Assembly (NCBI GenBank): GCA_038243055.1
Contig: JBBSRM010000002.1
Coordinates: forward strand, 3,380 to 67,379
Source of the DNA: Actinomycetales bacterium
GTDB taxonomy: Bacteria > Actinomycetota > Actinomycetes > Actinomycetales > Micrococcaceae
DNA: 64,000 nt
Reading direction: 5' to 3'
Part shown: positions 1 through 9,339 of the stretch, in pieces
Layout: each line of letters opens with the position of its first letter
How positions within the stretch are numbered: position 1 is the stretch's first letter
Translations under genes and position numbers: made by a program
The notes under the pieces: model-generated
Seen by the model: the letters and a program-made list of their open reading frames with translations, nothing else
The model's database searches: none
Told to the model about the DNA's origin: nothing

Positions 1-1287
1 CTTACCCACCGAGCGCGGCAACGACTCGGGGTCCACCACATCGATCCGGCAGCTAGAGCCCACGTGGATCTTGATGAGCTTCTGCAGTTCACGGCTGGCC
101 TCGACGGCCCGGTCGGAGGTGCAGTCGATCTGGCGTTCGATCTTCACGGCGAGCTCGTCCATCCGGTTCGGACGGGTGATTTCGAGCTGAAAATGTGGTG
201 ATAGCCCGTCGACCTTCAGGGCGATCTCCTCGATCTGGCTGGGGAAGAGATTCACGCCACGCAGGATGATCATGTCATCGCTCCGTCCGGTGATGCGGCC
301 CATGCGGCGGTGGCCCGGGCGGGCGGTGCCCGGCATCAGGCGGGACAGGTCGTGGGTGCGGTAGCGGATGATCGGCAGGGCCTGTTTGGTCAGCGAGGTG
401 AAGACCAGCTCGCCGTGTTCGCCGTCGCGCAGGACCTGTGAGGGGTCGAAGGCGTCGATGATTTCCGGGCGGAAGTGGTCCTCCCAGATGTGGTTGCCGT
501 CCTTGGTCTGATTCGATTCGCCGGCCATGCCCGGGCCCATGACCTCGGAGAGGCCGTAGATGTCGCAGGCGTGGATATCGAACATGACCTCGAGTTCGTG
601 GCGCATCTCCTCGGTCCACGGCTCGGCGCCGAGGACGCCGACCTTCAAGGAAGTGGAGCGGGGATCGATGCCCTTGCGCTGCATGGCGTCGCCGATGGTC
701 AGCAGGTAGGTCGGGGTGCACAGGATGGCGTCAGGGGCGAAGTCGGTGATCAGCTGGATCTGCTTCTCGGTCTGGCCGCCGGACATCGGGATGACGGTGG
801 TGCCCAGCCGTTCGGCAGCCGCGTGGGCGCCGAGTCCTCCGGTGAACAGACCGTAACCGTAGGCGTTGTGAACCTTCCAGCCCGGTTTGATTCCTGACAG
901 GCGCATGCAGCGGGCGCCGAGCTTGGCCCAGTCGTCCAGGTCGGACCGGGTGTAGCCGACCACGGTGGCCCGGCCGGTGGTGCCGGAGGATGCGTGGATT
1001 CGTGCGACCTCGTGCTGCGGCACGGCGAACATGCCGAACGGGTAGGTCTTGCGCAGGTCCTCCTTATCGGTGAAGGGGAACTTGGCGAGATCGGAGAGTT
1101 CCTTCAGATCCGTCGGGTGGACCCCCGCGGCGTCGTACTTCTCCTTATAGAGCGGGACACGGTCATAGGCGTAGGCGATGGTGTCCTGTAACCGGGTGAG
1201 CTGAAGGGACTCGATCTGGTCCCGGCTCATCGTCTCTTCGGGATCGAGCGGGTTGGAGAGTTCGGTTTCTGGGACTGTGTGCGTCAT
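1..1287 (-). CDS. paaK: Phenylacetate-CoA ligase (3' end runs off the window)
   Basis: Manual translation from ATG 1287: MTHTVPETELSNPLDPEETMSRDQIESLQLTRLQDTIAYAYDRVPLY...HASSGTTGRATVVGYT...YGYGLFTGGLG...DIYGLSEVMGPG...ESLPRSVGK. Open to the window edge, so absent from the ORF track. Confidence 0.93.
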   Translation of the reverse strand, partial: MTHTVPETELSNPLDPEETMSRDQIESLQLTRLQDTIAYAYDRVPLYKEKYDAAGVHPTDLKELSDLAKFPFTDKEDLRKTYPFGMFAVPQHEVARIHASSGTTGRATVVGYTRSDLDDWAKLGARCMRLSGIKPGWKVHNAYGYGLFTGGLGAHAAAERLGTTVIPMSGGQTEKQIQLITDFAPDAILCTPTYLLTIGDAMQRKGIDPRSTSLKVGVLGAEPWTEEMRHELEVMFDIHACDIYGLSEVMGPGMAGESNQTKDGNHIWEDHFRPEIIDAFDPSQVLRDGEHGELVFTSLTKQALPIIRYRTHDLSRLMPGTARPGHRRMGRITGRSDDMIILRGVNLFPSQIEEIALKVDGLSPHFQLEITRPNRMDELAVKIERQIDCTSDRAVEASRELQKLIKIHVGSSCRIDVVDPESLPRSVGK

Positions 1288-1359
1288 TGCTGGCCCTTTG
1301 GTGATAGCTGGGTGGGGTGGAAGAGGCGTGACGTCGGTGGCTTGACCGACGTCGGGCAT

Positions 1360-1812
1360 CTAGCGCTTGGGGACGGTGCGCGAACGACCCCGGAATTCCG
1401 CAACGATTTCCTCGCCGCCCTCCGGTGTGGTCTGACGGATCTGGATGTCGTACAGGCCGCTACGCCCGGACTGATGCCGGCGGGTGGCCTCAGCGGTGAG
1501 CAGGCGGCCCGGCAGCCCCGGCTTCATGAAGTTGATGTCCACGCCCGAGGCGACGGTGACGGTGTCCTCGGAGCCTTCAGCGGGGTTGCACGCCATCGCG
1601 AAGGCGGTGTCGGCCAAGGCGAAGATCATTCCGCCGTGTCCGATGCCGAAGCCGTTGAGCATTTCACGACGCAGGGTCATGGTGATCGTGGCCTCGCCCT
1701 CGTCGACGTGGACGACCTTGATCCCGAGCCATTCCGAGGCGTGGTCGTTGGTGAGCACGGCATGCTGCGGGGCGGTTTCCGCTGCCGCCGCGTCGATGTC
1801 GGTTTCGGTCAT
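1360..1812 (-). CDS. paaI: PaaI-family hotdog-fold acyl-CoA thioesterase
   Basis: MLNGFGIGHGGMIFALADTAFAMACN motif; directly upstream of paaK. Confidence 0.9.
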   Translation of the reverse strand: MTETDIDAAAAETAPQHAVLTNDHASEWLGIKVVHVDEGEATITMTLRREMLNGFGIGHGGMIFALADTAFAMACNPAEGSEDTVTVASGVDINFMKPGLPGRLLTAEATRRHQSGRSGLYDIQIRQTTPEGGEEIVAEFRGRSRTVPKR

Positions 1813-1829
1813 GCTGGGACTCCATCCAC

Positions 1830-1848
1830 GAATTACTGAACGTTCATT
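1830..1848. promoter_or_regulatory. Putative PaaR (TetR) operator upstream of paaI-paaK
   Basis: GAATTACTGAACGTTCATT; near-identical reverse-complement copy upstream of paaA; resembles the actinobacterial PaaR ACCGA-N4-TCGGT pattern. Confidence 0.65.
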
Positions 1849-1938
1849 AGGTAATCCTGAATTGTGATTCAAGTCAAGCCATGGATATCGGCAGGGGACA
1901 CTATGACGCAGTCACGTTGTCGATTGTAGAATCGCCGG

Positions 1939-2386
1939 ATGCAGCGTTACCGCCGATTCCAAAGCGCCGTACCGAACCGGCGTGGCGCCTACCCGGGTGT
2001 TTTTCGCGATGGCGAACGGGCTCTCGGGGGAGGGGCTGCTTTCCGCCGCTGACGAGCGCTGGCTCCGCGGCGCGAACGATCGGGCCAACGCGGCACATCC
2101 GAACCCGACGGAAGCATCACCTGAATGCTACGACCGGGAGGCGAACCCCGGTGCCTGTTCCTGGTTCAAGGAATCGGCAAGGCACCTGTCGGAACTCGCC
2201 GCCCCGTATCTGGAGCTACTGGATCATTACGGAATTCCGTGGACCGAACTGGTCACGGCATCGCCGGGGCGCATCGCCCATGAGGACGAAGTTCAAGTGG
2301 TTGCGGTGCCGTGGACGCATCACCAGGACTGGCCGTTCAGCCCGGAGCCAGCCCTACAGGCCGGCCCCGGGCTGCTACAGGACTAG
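1939..2386 (+). pseudogene. Hypothetical protein with a +1 frameshift in a T-run (2000-2004)
   Basis: TAGAAT -10 at 1927-1932, then ATG 1939: MQRYRRFQSAVPNRRGAYPGVF. Removing one T joins it to AMANGLSGEGLL...EDEVQVVAVPW of ORF 1982..2386. Confidence 0.6.
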
Positions 2387-4545
2387 ATGCGTTCGGTGGC
2401 ACCGAGCGCGTCGAGGGCGAAGGCGTAATCCCAAGCCCGGTCCTTCCACGCCTCATAGCGGCCCGAGGCGCCGCCGTGTCCGCCATCCATTTCGATCTTC
2501 AGCACAATCGGTTCGCTGCCGGTGCTGATGTCACGCAACCGCTGCACCCATTTCGCCGGTTCGACGTAGAGCACCCGGGTGTCGTTCAGGCTCGTGACGG
2601 CGGCGATCTTCGGGTATTGCACCGCGGCGATGTTCTCGTACGGGGTGTAGGACTTCATGTACGCGTAGACGTCCGCGTCGGTGATCGGGTTGCCCCATTC
2701 CTCCCACTCCAGGGCCGACAACGGCAGCTCCGGGTCCAGGATGCTGGTCAGGGCGTCGACGAACGGCACCTGCGCCACGATCGCGGAATACAGCTGCGGT
2801 GCAAGGTTGGCGATGGCGCCCATGAGCAGGCCGCCGGCCGATCCGCCCATCGCCACGACACGGCGCGGGTGGGCCCACCCGGTGGCCACCACGTGTTCGG
2901 TCGCGGTGATGAAGTCGGTGAAGGAGTTCTTCTTCTCCAGCTTCTTGCCGTCGTCGTACCAGTGACGCCCCAACTCGCCACCCCCGCGCACATGGGCGAT
3001 GACGAAGACAACGCCACGATCCAGCAGGGAAAGCCTCGGGATCGAGAAACCGGGGTCCATGCTCATCTCGTAGCTGCCGTAGCCATAGACCAGCGCCGGA
3101 TTGGAGCCATTCCGGGAGATTTCGCGACGGCGGATGACCGAGAGGGGGATCCGGGTCCCGTCGGCGGCGGTGGCCCATTCGCGCTCGGCCACGTAGTCAC
3201 CGGCGTTGTACCCGCCCTTCACGGGGGTCTCCTTGCGCAGGGACAGCTCCCCGGAATCCAGCGTGTAGTCGTAGATGCGCGGCGGGACCAGGAAGCTGGT
3301 GTAGACCAGACGGATGACCGGGGAGTCGTATTCGGCTCCGGCCAGTGAGCAGGTGTAGAGCTCCTCGTCGAAGTCCGGTTCGGTGACAGCGGTCTGGGCC
3401 TCGGTGCCCAGTCCGGCCAGCGGCAGGACCTGGATCCGTTCGATGGTGTCTTGGCGGACGGAAACCATGGCATGCGTGGCGGTGACCGCGGTGCCCTCGA
3501 TCTTCACGTCCTCGCGGTGGGCGAAGACCGTGGCCCACTCCTGGTCGGCCAACGGCTTGGAGAACTCGTCGGCGGCGACCAGGGAGACCATGTTGTTCTC
3601 GGCGTCGAGGTTGTGCGTGAGCAGATAGGCGCGCTCGCCATCGACCGTCACCGGATCCATGCCATGCAGGATGTGTGCCTCGCGGCCCAGCAATAGGCGG
3701 GGAGCGGCGAGCGGGTCGACCAGGTCCAGCGAATGGGTCTCGGCATATTCGGAGTTGCCGATGGAAATCAGCAGTTCCTGCTGGTCGGGGGAGAGGTCGA
3801 ACCCCATCCACATGCCCGGATCGTCCTCCTGGAGCACGACGACGTCGCCGGAGGGATCCTGGCCCAGGGTGTGGGCCTTGATCTGGTTCGGGCGCCAGGA
3901 ATCGTCGACCACCGTGTAGTAGACCCGGGTGCCGTCGGGGGAGAAGGCCAGCCCGTAGAAGACGTTCTCGATGACGTCGGGAAGTAGCTCGCCGGTGGTC
4001 AGGTTCTTGATGCGCAGGGTGAATCGTTCGTCACCGGCGTTGTCCTGGGCGTAGGCGAGCAGGTTGCCGTCCTCGGTGACGGCCAGCCCGCCGAGCGCGA
4101 AGAACGGCTGGCCTGCCGCCTCGGCATTGCCGTCGATCAGCACCTGTTCGCCGCCGAACGGTTTCCCGGCTTCGATGACCGGCGGGGTCCAGTCCGCGGC
4201 GGGGTCCCCGGTATCGGTGGCGGCGACGCGGCAGTGCACAGCATACTGCTGGCCCTCGGCGGTCCGGGTGAAATACCACCAGCCGCGTTTGCGGGCAGGA
4301 ACCGAAAGATCCGTCTCCTCGGTGCGCTCCTTGATCTCGGCGAAGATCGAATCGCGCAGCTCCTGCTGCCCGGCGGTGACCGCCTCGGCGTAGGAGTTCT
4401 CGGCCTCGAGGTGGGCGATGACCTCCGGCTTCTCCTTCTCGCGCAACCATTCGTAGTCATCGACGAACGTGTCGCCGTGATGTGTGCGATGGACGGGGAC
4501 CTTGGCAGCGACAGGAGGCTGCGGTTCGATGGGGGATTCGCTCAT
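2383..4545 (-). CDS. ptrB: Oligopeptidase B (S9A prolyl oligopeptidase family)
   Basis: HHGDTFVDDYEWLR N-terminus, GGSAGG nucleophile motif, SLNDTRV, GHGG. Confidence 0.93.
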   Translation of the reverse strand: MSESPIEPQPPVAAKVPVHRTHHGDTFVDDYEWLREKEKPEVIAHLEAENSYAEAVTAGQQELRDSIFAEIKERTEETDLSVPARKRGWWYFTRTAEGQQYAVHCRVAATDTGDPAADWTPPVIEAGKPFGGEQVLIDGNAEAAGQPFFALGGLAVTEDGNLLAYAQDNAGDERFTLRIKNLTTGELLPDVIENVFYGLAFSPDGTRVYYTVVDDSWRPNQIKAHTLGQDPSGDVVVLQEDDPGMWMGFDLSPDQQELLISIGNSEYAETHSLDLVDPLAAPRLLLGREAHILHGMDPVTVDGERAYLLTHNLDAENNMVSLVAADEFSKPLADQEWATVFAHREDVKIEGTAVTATHAMVSVRQDTIERIQVLPLAGLGTEAQTAVTEPDFDEELYTCSLAGAEYDSPVIRLVYTSFLVPPRIYDYTLDSGELSLRKETPVKGGYNAGDYVAEREWATAADGTRIPLSVIRRREISRNGSNPALVYGYGSYEMSMDPGFSIPRLSLLDRGVVFVIAHVRGGGELGRHWYDDGKKLEKKNSFTDFITATEHVVATGWAHPRRVVAMGGSAGGLLMGAIANLAPQLYSAIVAQVPFVDALTSILDPELPLSALEWEEWGNPITDADVYAYMKSYTPYENIAAVQYPKIAAVTSLNDTRVLYVEPAKWVQRLRDISTGSEPIVLKIEMDGGHGGASGRYEAWKDRAWDYAFALDALGATERI

Positions 4546-4908
4546 GCGTCCCATTCAACGCCATGGTGCTGGCGCCCCGCAGGCTGTTCGCCAGCGGCGT
4601 GTTGTTCTGACGTCAGTCCCGATATGGGCCCTACTCCACGTCGCTACGTGGGAGACAAGCCATCAAGACAGAGGACTCGTGCCCAGGGGATGGGTTCTGT
4701 ATTCACCATTTCCCGGCCACCTCCGGGCGGGGCCGGTGGCTTCTCTCGCCGGAGGAGTCATGGCTCATGAGCAATTTTCAAGCACACCACTTATGGCACA
4801 TCGGGTTCCGGTTGACGAGGATGTTTTTGGGCGTAGTGTGTCGAGTCCGTTCCTAGTTCTAGGGATGCGGTCGAGCGATCGGTTTCGTGCAAGAGAATGG
4901 AGCAGACC

Positions 4909-5373
4909 ATGTCGGAAAAGGAAATCACTGCATCGAGGACCATTGATGCCCCGGCGGACACCATCTTCAGTGTCCTTTCCAACCCGGAGAGGCACGCCGA
5001 GCTCGATGGTTCGGGATTGGTCCAGTCCGATGACAAGTCTGACCGCATCACTGCGGTGGGCCAGATCTTTACGATGAACATGAGCTGGGAAAAAATGGGT
5101 GGGGACTATAAGACGGACAACCATGTCGTTGGTTTCGACGAAAACAAGCTTCTCGCTTGGGAAACCGCCCCGCAGGGACAGCAGCCCCCAGGGTGGCAAT
5201 GGATCTGGGAACTTGAACCCCAGGGACCGGATTCCACCAAGGTTTCGGTCACGTACGACTGGAGCTCGGTCACGGATAAGGACGTCTTGAAGCAGATTAG
5301 CTTTCCGGCTATCCCGCAGGAAGACCTCGAGTCCTCACTGGGCAATCTGGCCTCTGCGGTCTCGCAGGTATAA
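4909..5373 (+). CDS. SRPBCC/polyketide-cyclase-like protein
   Basis: ASRTIDAPADTIFSVLSNPERHAELDGSG...W.WELEP...TKVSVTYDWS pattern. Confidence 0.8.
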   Translation: MSEKEITASRTIDAPADTIFSVLSNPERHAELDGSGLVQSDDKSDRITAVGQIFTMNMSWEKMGGDYKTDNHVVGFDENKLLAWETAPQGQQPPGWQWIWELEPQGPDSTKVSVTYDWSSVTDKDVLKQISFPAIPQEDLESSLGNLASAVSQV

Positions 5374-5467
5374 CGAGTTTCGGACGCCAGCGGGACTTCT
5401 GATGGCAGATTCTGGTCTTCGGTTCCACAGCCGTCAGCCGGACGGCTGACCGGTTCCGCCTTGACGG

Positions 5468-5515
5468 TGAATCGCACCGGATTTTGGGCTTCTCCATCAA
5501 ACCCGGTGCGATTCA
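5468..5515. terminator. 13-bp stem-loop between convergent genes
   Basis: TGAATCGCACCGG ... CCGGTGCGATTCA. Confidence 0.5.
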
Positions 5516-5682
5516 TCGACGCTTGGACTGAACATCATCTCGTCGCGTGAACCCCTGCTGTCTCGGTAAACGATCGTTGGATGAGACGGCTGTGGGCTAG
5601 CTATTTGCCACACGTCAAAGGGGCACGACTGAAAATGTCGTCGCCTAACCCATCGGTTGGCAGAGTCCGGCCCAGACAGTGG

Positions 5683-6306
5683 CTACGCGCGGATGTCCTT
5701 CCGGATCCTTTTGGTGAGGTTGTCGCAGAAGTCAATAACTGGATCGGCGCCAAGGATACGTTCGGCAATCGTCTTTCGGGCGGCTTCATCCTTCACGCTG
5801 ACCAGATTGATTTCCAGAGTTGCCTGGGCGATCGTCACTGCAGCCCGCGTGGCCGCCATGGCTGCCACGATATCGCTGAGGATATTCCGATTAGCGCATT
5901 CGAGTGTCTGTTCACCGAGGCCTGAGATTCTCCGTCCCAGTTCGATCAAACGCTGCGGAGGCTCTGTTGCGCCGACCAATGCAGTCTGGATCTCCACGGT
6001 CCGGGTCTTCTTCTCTTCGTCGGAATCGTGTGGCAAAGCATAAGCGTCGGCAACTTTCGCGAAAGCCGCTGCATCGGCGTCGCCGGTGTCAAGGCATTCG
6101 CCGATCAGCGGCTGGGTATCGGCGAGAACGCGTTCGACCATTGGGGCGTGTTCGGCGAACGTGGCCCCTGTGCTGAAGCGGGCGGACATGACGATCAACG
6201 CGGCAGCCTGTGCCAACTGCAGCGCGGCAGCGGCACCGCCGCCGGGGGCGGGCGCACGTGAAGCCGTGCGATCCAGGTATTCCTTGATGCTTTCCTCGGG
6301 GAACAT
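5683..6306 (-). CDS. Formiminotetrahydrofolate cyclodeaminase / methenyl-THF cyclohydrolase family protein
   Basis: YLDRTASRAPAPGGGAAAAL, DAAAFAKVADAYALP, NRNILSD, TLEINL; GGAGG RBS before ATG 6306. Confidence 0.85.
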   Translation of the reverse strand: MFPEESIKEYLDRTASRAPAPGGGAAAALQLAQAAALIVMSARFSTGATFAEHAPMVERVLADTQPLIGECLDTGDADAAAFAKVADAYALPHDSDEEKKTRTVEIQTALVGATEPPQRLIELGRRISGLGEQTLECANRNILSDIVAAMAATRAAVTIAQATLEINLVSVKDEAARKTIAERILGADPVIDFCDNLTKRIRKDIRA

Positions 6307-6564
6307 TTCTACCTCCAGGCACACTCTATCGGCTTCCCGTCGACGGACGGATCGGCACCCGGTGACCGCAGCGAAGACGAGTGGTCAAACCCATTCCCGG
6401 GTTGGCCCAACCCGTTTTCGTCTGACGACGAGCAGCGGTTCTCGAAGTCGACCGCGCGGCATGCCCAGAGCAGGCTGCCAACGGAAGTAGACAAACACCC
6501 GGCCACTCAAAAATGTTCGAATGCCCGCCGCACGCCAGACATGACTTCGCCCTAGACTGGCGGA

Positions 6565-7563
6565 ATGGACACCACCAGCCAGGCCTCGCCCGTCACGATC
6601 ACCGTCACCGGCGCCGCCGGACAAATCGGCTACTCCCTCCTCTTCCGTATCGCCTCCGGCGCCCTCCTGGGCCCCGACGTTCCGGTCAGACTGAACCTCC
6701 TGGAGGTCCCACAGGCCACCCGAGCCGCCGAGGGCACCGCCATGGAACTCACCGACTGCGCGTTCGGACTTCTGGCCGGCGTCGAGGTCTTCGACGATCC
6801 AAACCGCGGATTCGAGGGAACCAGCCTCGCGCTGCTGGTGGGAGCACGCCCCCGCGGCCCCGGCATGGAACGGGCCGACCTGCTGACCGCCAACGGCGGC
6901 ATCTTCTCGGTCCAAGGCAAGGCACTGAATGCCCACGCCGCGGATGACCTGCGGGTGGTCGTGGTCGGTAATCCGGCGAACACCAACGCGCTGATCACCG
7001 CTGCCCACGCCCCCGACATCCCCTCGGATCGTTTCACCGCCATGACGCGGCTGGACCACAACCGGGCTGTCGCCCAGCTGGCCGCCAAGGCCGGTGCCCC
7101 CGTCGATTCCGTCCGCAACCTAGCCATTTGGGGCAACCATTCGGCGTCGCAGTACCCGGACCTCACACACGCCGACATCGACGGCCGCCCGGCTACCGAG
7201 ATCGTGGAGCAGGCCTGGGCACGGGAGGAATTCATCCCCCGTGTGGCCAACCGTGGCGCCGAGGTCATTGAGGTCCGTGGTGGTTCCTCGGCAGCGTCGG
7301 CAGCAAATGCCGCGATCGAGCACATGCGCCTCTGGTGCACGCAGACCGGTGAGACCGGATGGACGAGCATGGCCGTGGTCTCCGATGGGTCCTACGGGGT
7401 ACCCGAAGGTCTGGTCTCATCCTTCCCGGTCACCACTGCCGGCGGCGAGTACTCCATTGTCCAGGGGCTGGACATCGACGCGTTCTCGCGGGAGCGGATC
7501 GACGCCTCGGTGGCCGAACTGGTTTCCGAGCGCGAGGCGGTCACCTCACTGGGCCTGCTCTGA
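6565..7563 (+). CDS. mdh: Malate dehydrogenase
   Basis: [50 protein letters not shown]. Confidence 0.96.
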   Translation: MDTTSQASPVTITVTGAAGQIGYSLLFRIASGALLGPDVPVRLNLLEVPQATRAAEGTAMELTDCAFGLLAGVEVFDDPNRGFEGTSLALLVGARPRGPGMERADLLTANGGIFSVQGKALNAHAADDLRVVVVGNPANTNALITAAHAPDIPSDRFTAMTRLDHNRAVAQLAAKAGAPVDSVRNLAIWGNHSASQYPDLTHADIDGRPATEIVEQAWAREEFIPRVANRGAEVIEVRGGSSAASAANAAIEHMRLWCTQTGETGWTSMAVVSDGSYGVPEGLVSSFPVTTAGGEYSIVQGLDIDAFSRERIDASVAELVSEREAVTSLGLL

Positions 7564-7623
7564 GCCTTACGGACCAGCGGGCAGTAGTTGCCCGCATGGT
7601 GCCCAAAACCTCCATCCGCCGGA

Positions 7624-9255
7624 TTACCGTTCCGGCACCAGGGTCTTGGTGTACTGCACCCTGCCGTTCGCGTTGATGAGTTTGACCGTGAATTCGGAAC
7701 CGTCGCCGGACACATCGACGTGACCGAAGTATTGGTGTTCACCCGAGCGGGGGGATCCCAAGGGCGGGCCGGCCTGCTGGAAGTCGACCTTCGGGCCGAA
7801 GGTCATATCCAGTTCGTTGGGTCCGAAGGATCCGGCATTGATGGGCCCGGCGACGAACTCCCAGAAGGGGGTGAAGTCGCGGAAGGCGGCGCGCTCGGGT
7901 GAGTAGTGGTGGGCAGCGCAGTAGTGGACGTCTCCGGTGAGGAACACGACGTTCTTGATCCGGTGCTTCTTGATCGCGGAGAGCAGGTGGGCGAGTTCGA
8001 GTTCCCGGCCCAGGGGAGCACCATGGTCGGCGTTGGCAATCGATTCCTGGCCCTCGCCATCGGGCACGATGAGTCCCAGTGGCAGGTCGTTGCCGATGAC
8101 CTTCCACGTCGCCGTCGAATGACGCAGGGAACGGATCAGCCACTGTAGCTGCTCCTCACCGAGGATGCTGGTTGCGTGTGGTTCCTTCCCCGCGGTGTTC
8201 GGACTTTTATGCGACCTCATGTCCAGTGCGAACAGATCCAGGTGGGGACCGCGTTGGACCTCGCGGTAGATGCGTGCCGGTTCGAATCCCGTCCCGGGGC
8301 GGAGGGCCCGCGCATCGGCGATGGGCATGTACTCCTGCCAGGCACGACGGGCGCGTGCGGCGAGGGTGTCGACCTGGCGGACGGTGTAGCGCGGATCATC
8401 GATGATCTCCCCGGGGTACCAGTTGTTCATGGTCTCGTGGTCATCCCACTGGGCGATGACGGGAACGTCGGCATACATGGCTCGCAGATTCACGTCCATC
8501 ATGTTGTAGCGGTGGCGGCCCCGGTACTCGTTCAAGGTCTCAGCGACCTTGGAGACCTCTTCCGTCACGACGTTGCGCCACAACCTTCCATCGGGCTCCT
8601 CCATCTCGGCGGAGAGGGGGCCGTCGGCGTAGATGGTGTCGCCTGCGTGCAGGAAGAAGTCGGGACGTGTGGCATGCATGGCCGCATAGCCACGCATTCC
8701 GCCGATCTCCTCATTGATGCCGTACCCCTGCCCGGCGGTATCCGCGGTCCAGACAAAACTCTGTGCCTCGGCTTCGTGCCGATGCCGATGGCCGCGGGAG
8801 GGAGCCGTGGCGAAGGAACCGCGACCGGTCTCACCGCGGCGGCCATGGTCGTCTTCGAAATAGAGCTCGACGGCGAAGCGCATCCCCGCCGGGAGTCGCC
8901 GTGCGTGCAGCTTGGCGGTGAAATCGGTGCCCGCCCGGGCCTGCGAACCCGACAGGTGGAACGTGCGGGCATGGCGTCCGCGGAGCGCCTCGCCATCCTG
9001 ACCGGCGGCACGGAGCACCGCGTGCAGACGGCCCGGGCCCGAGGCGCGGGACCATAAGACCGCCGAATGCGTCGAGACGTCCCCGGTGGAGATGCCGGAG
9101 GGCAGGGCCAGGCGTCGGGCCGCCAAGGGGATGGCTGAGGGAGGCTTCATGGCGGAAGCGGGGGGAACGATCAGCGAGGCGGCGGCAAACGCCGAAACGG
9201 AAGCCGCGCCTTTGAGCAGTGAACGGCGCGAGGTGCCGGGCAGGGGGGATTCCAT
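7624..9255 (-). CDS. phoD: Alkaline phosphatase D family, Tat-exported
   Basis: SRRSLLKG twin-arginine signal; GDTIYADGP, WDDHE, LTGDVH motifs; start trimmed to MESPL at 9255. Confidence 0.92.
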   Translation of the reverse strand: MESPLPGTSRRSLLKGAASVSAFAAASLIVPPASAMKPPSAIPLAARRLALPSGISTGDVSTHSAVLWSRASGPGRLHAVLRAAGQDGEALRGRHARTFHLSGSQARAGTDFTAKLHARRLPAGMRFAVELYFEDDHGRRGETGRGSFATAPSRGHRHRHEAEAQSFVWTADTAGQGYGINEEIGGMRGYAAMHATRPDFFLHAGDTIYADGPLSAEMEEPDGRLWRNVVTEEVSKVAETLNEYRGRHRYNMMDVNLRAMYADVPVIAQWDDHETMNNWYPGEIIDDPRYTVRQVDTLAARARRAWQEYMPIADARALRPGTGFEPARIYREVQRGPHLDLFALDMRSHKSPNTAGKEPHATSILGEEQLQWLIRSLRHSTATWKVIGNDLPLGLIVPDGEGQESIANADHGAPLGRELELAHLLSAIKKHRIKNVVFLTGDVHYCAAHHYSPERAAFRDFTPFWEFVAGPINAGSFGPNELDMTFGPKVDFQQAGPPLGSPRSGEHQYFGHVDVSGDGSEFTVKLINANGRVQYTKTLVPER

Positions 9256-9339
9256 ATCTTCGAGCCAACCGCAGGCAGAAGACCAGTAGGTTGCCGCACG
9301 ATGAACGGCAGCAGAAACCCCTAGTGGCAGGATGGTTCC

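Noticed and set aside
4752-5077. GGAGGAG RBS plus ATG ORF (MAHEQFSS…)
   Set aside because: Overlaps the SRPBCC gene out of frame, with no recognisable motif and poor codon bias.
6310-6500. Possible folate/ZTP riboswitch upstream of the cyclodeaminase
   Set aside because: Only a GCCTGG near the RBS; aptamer consensus not found. An Rfam/Infernal scan would be decisive.
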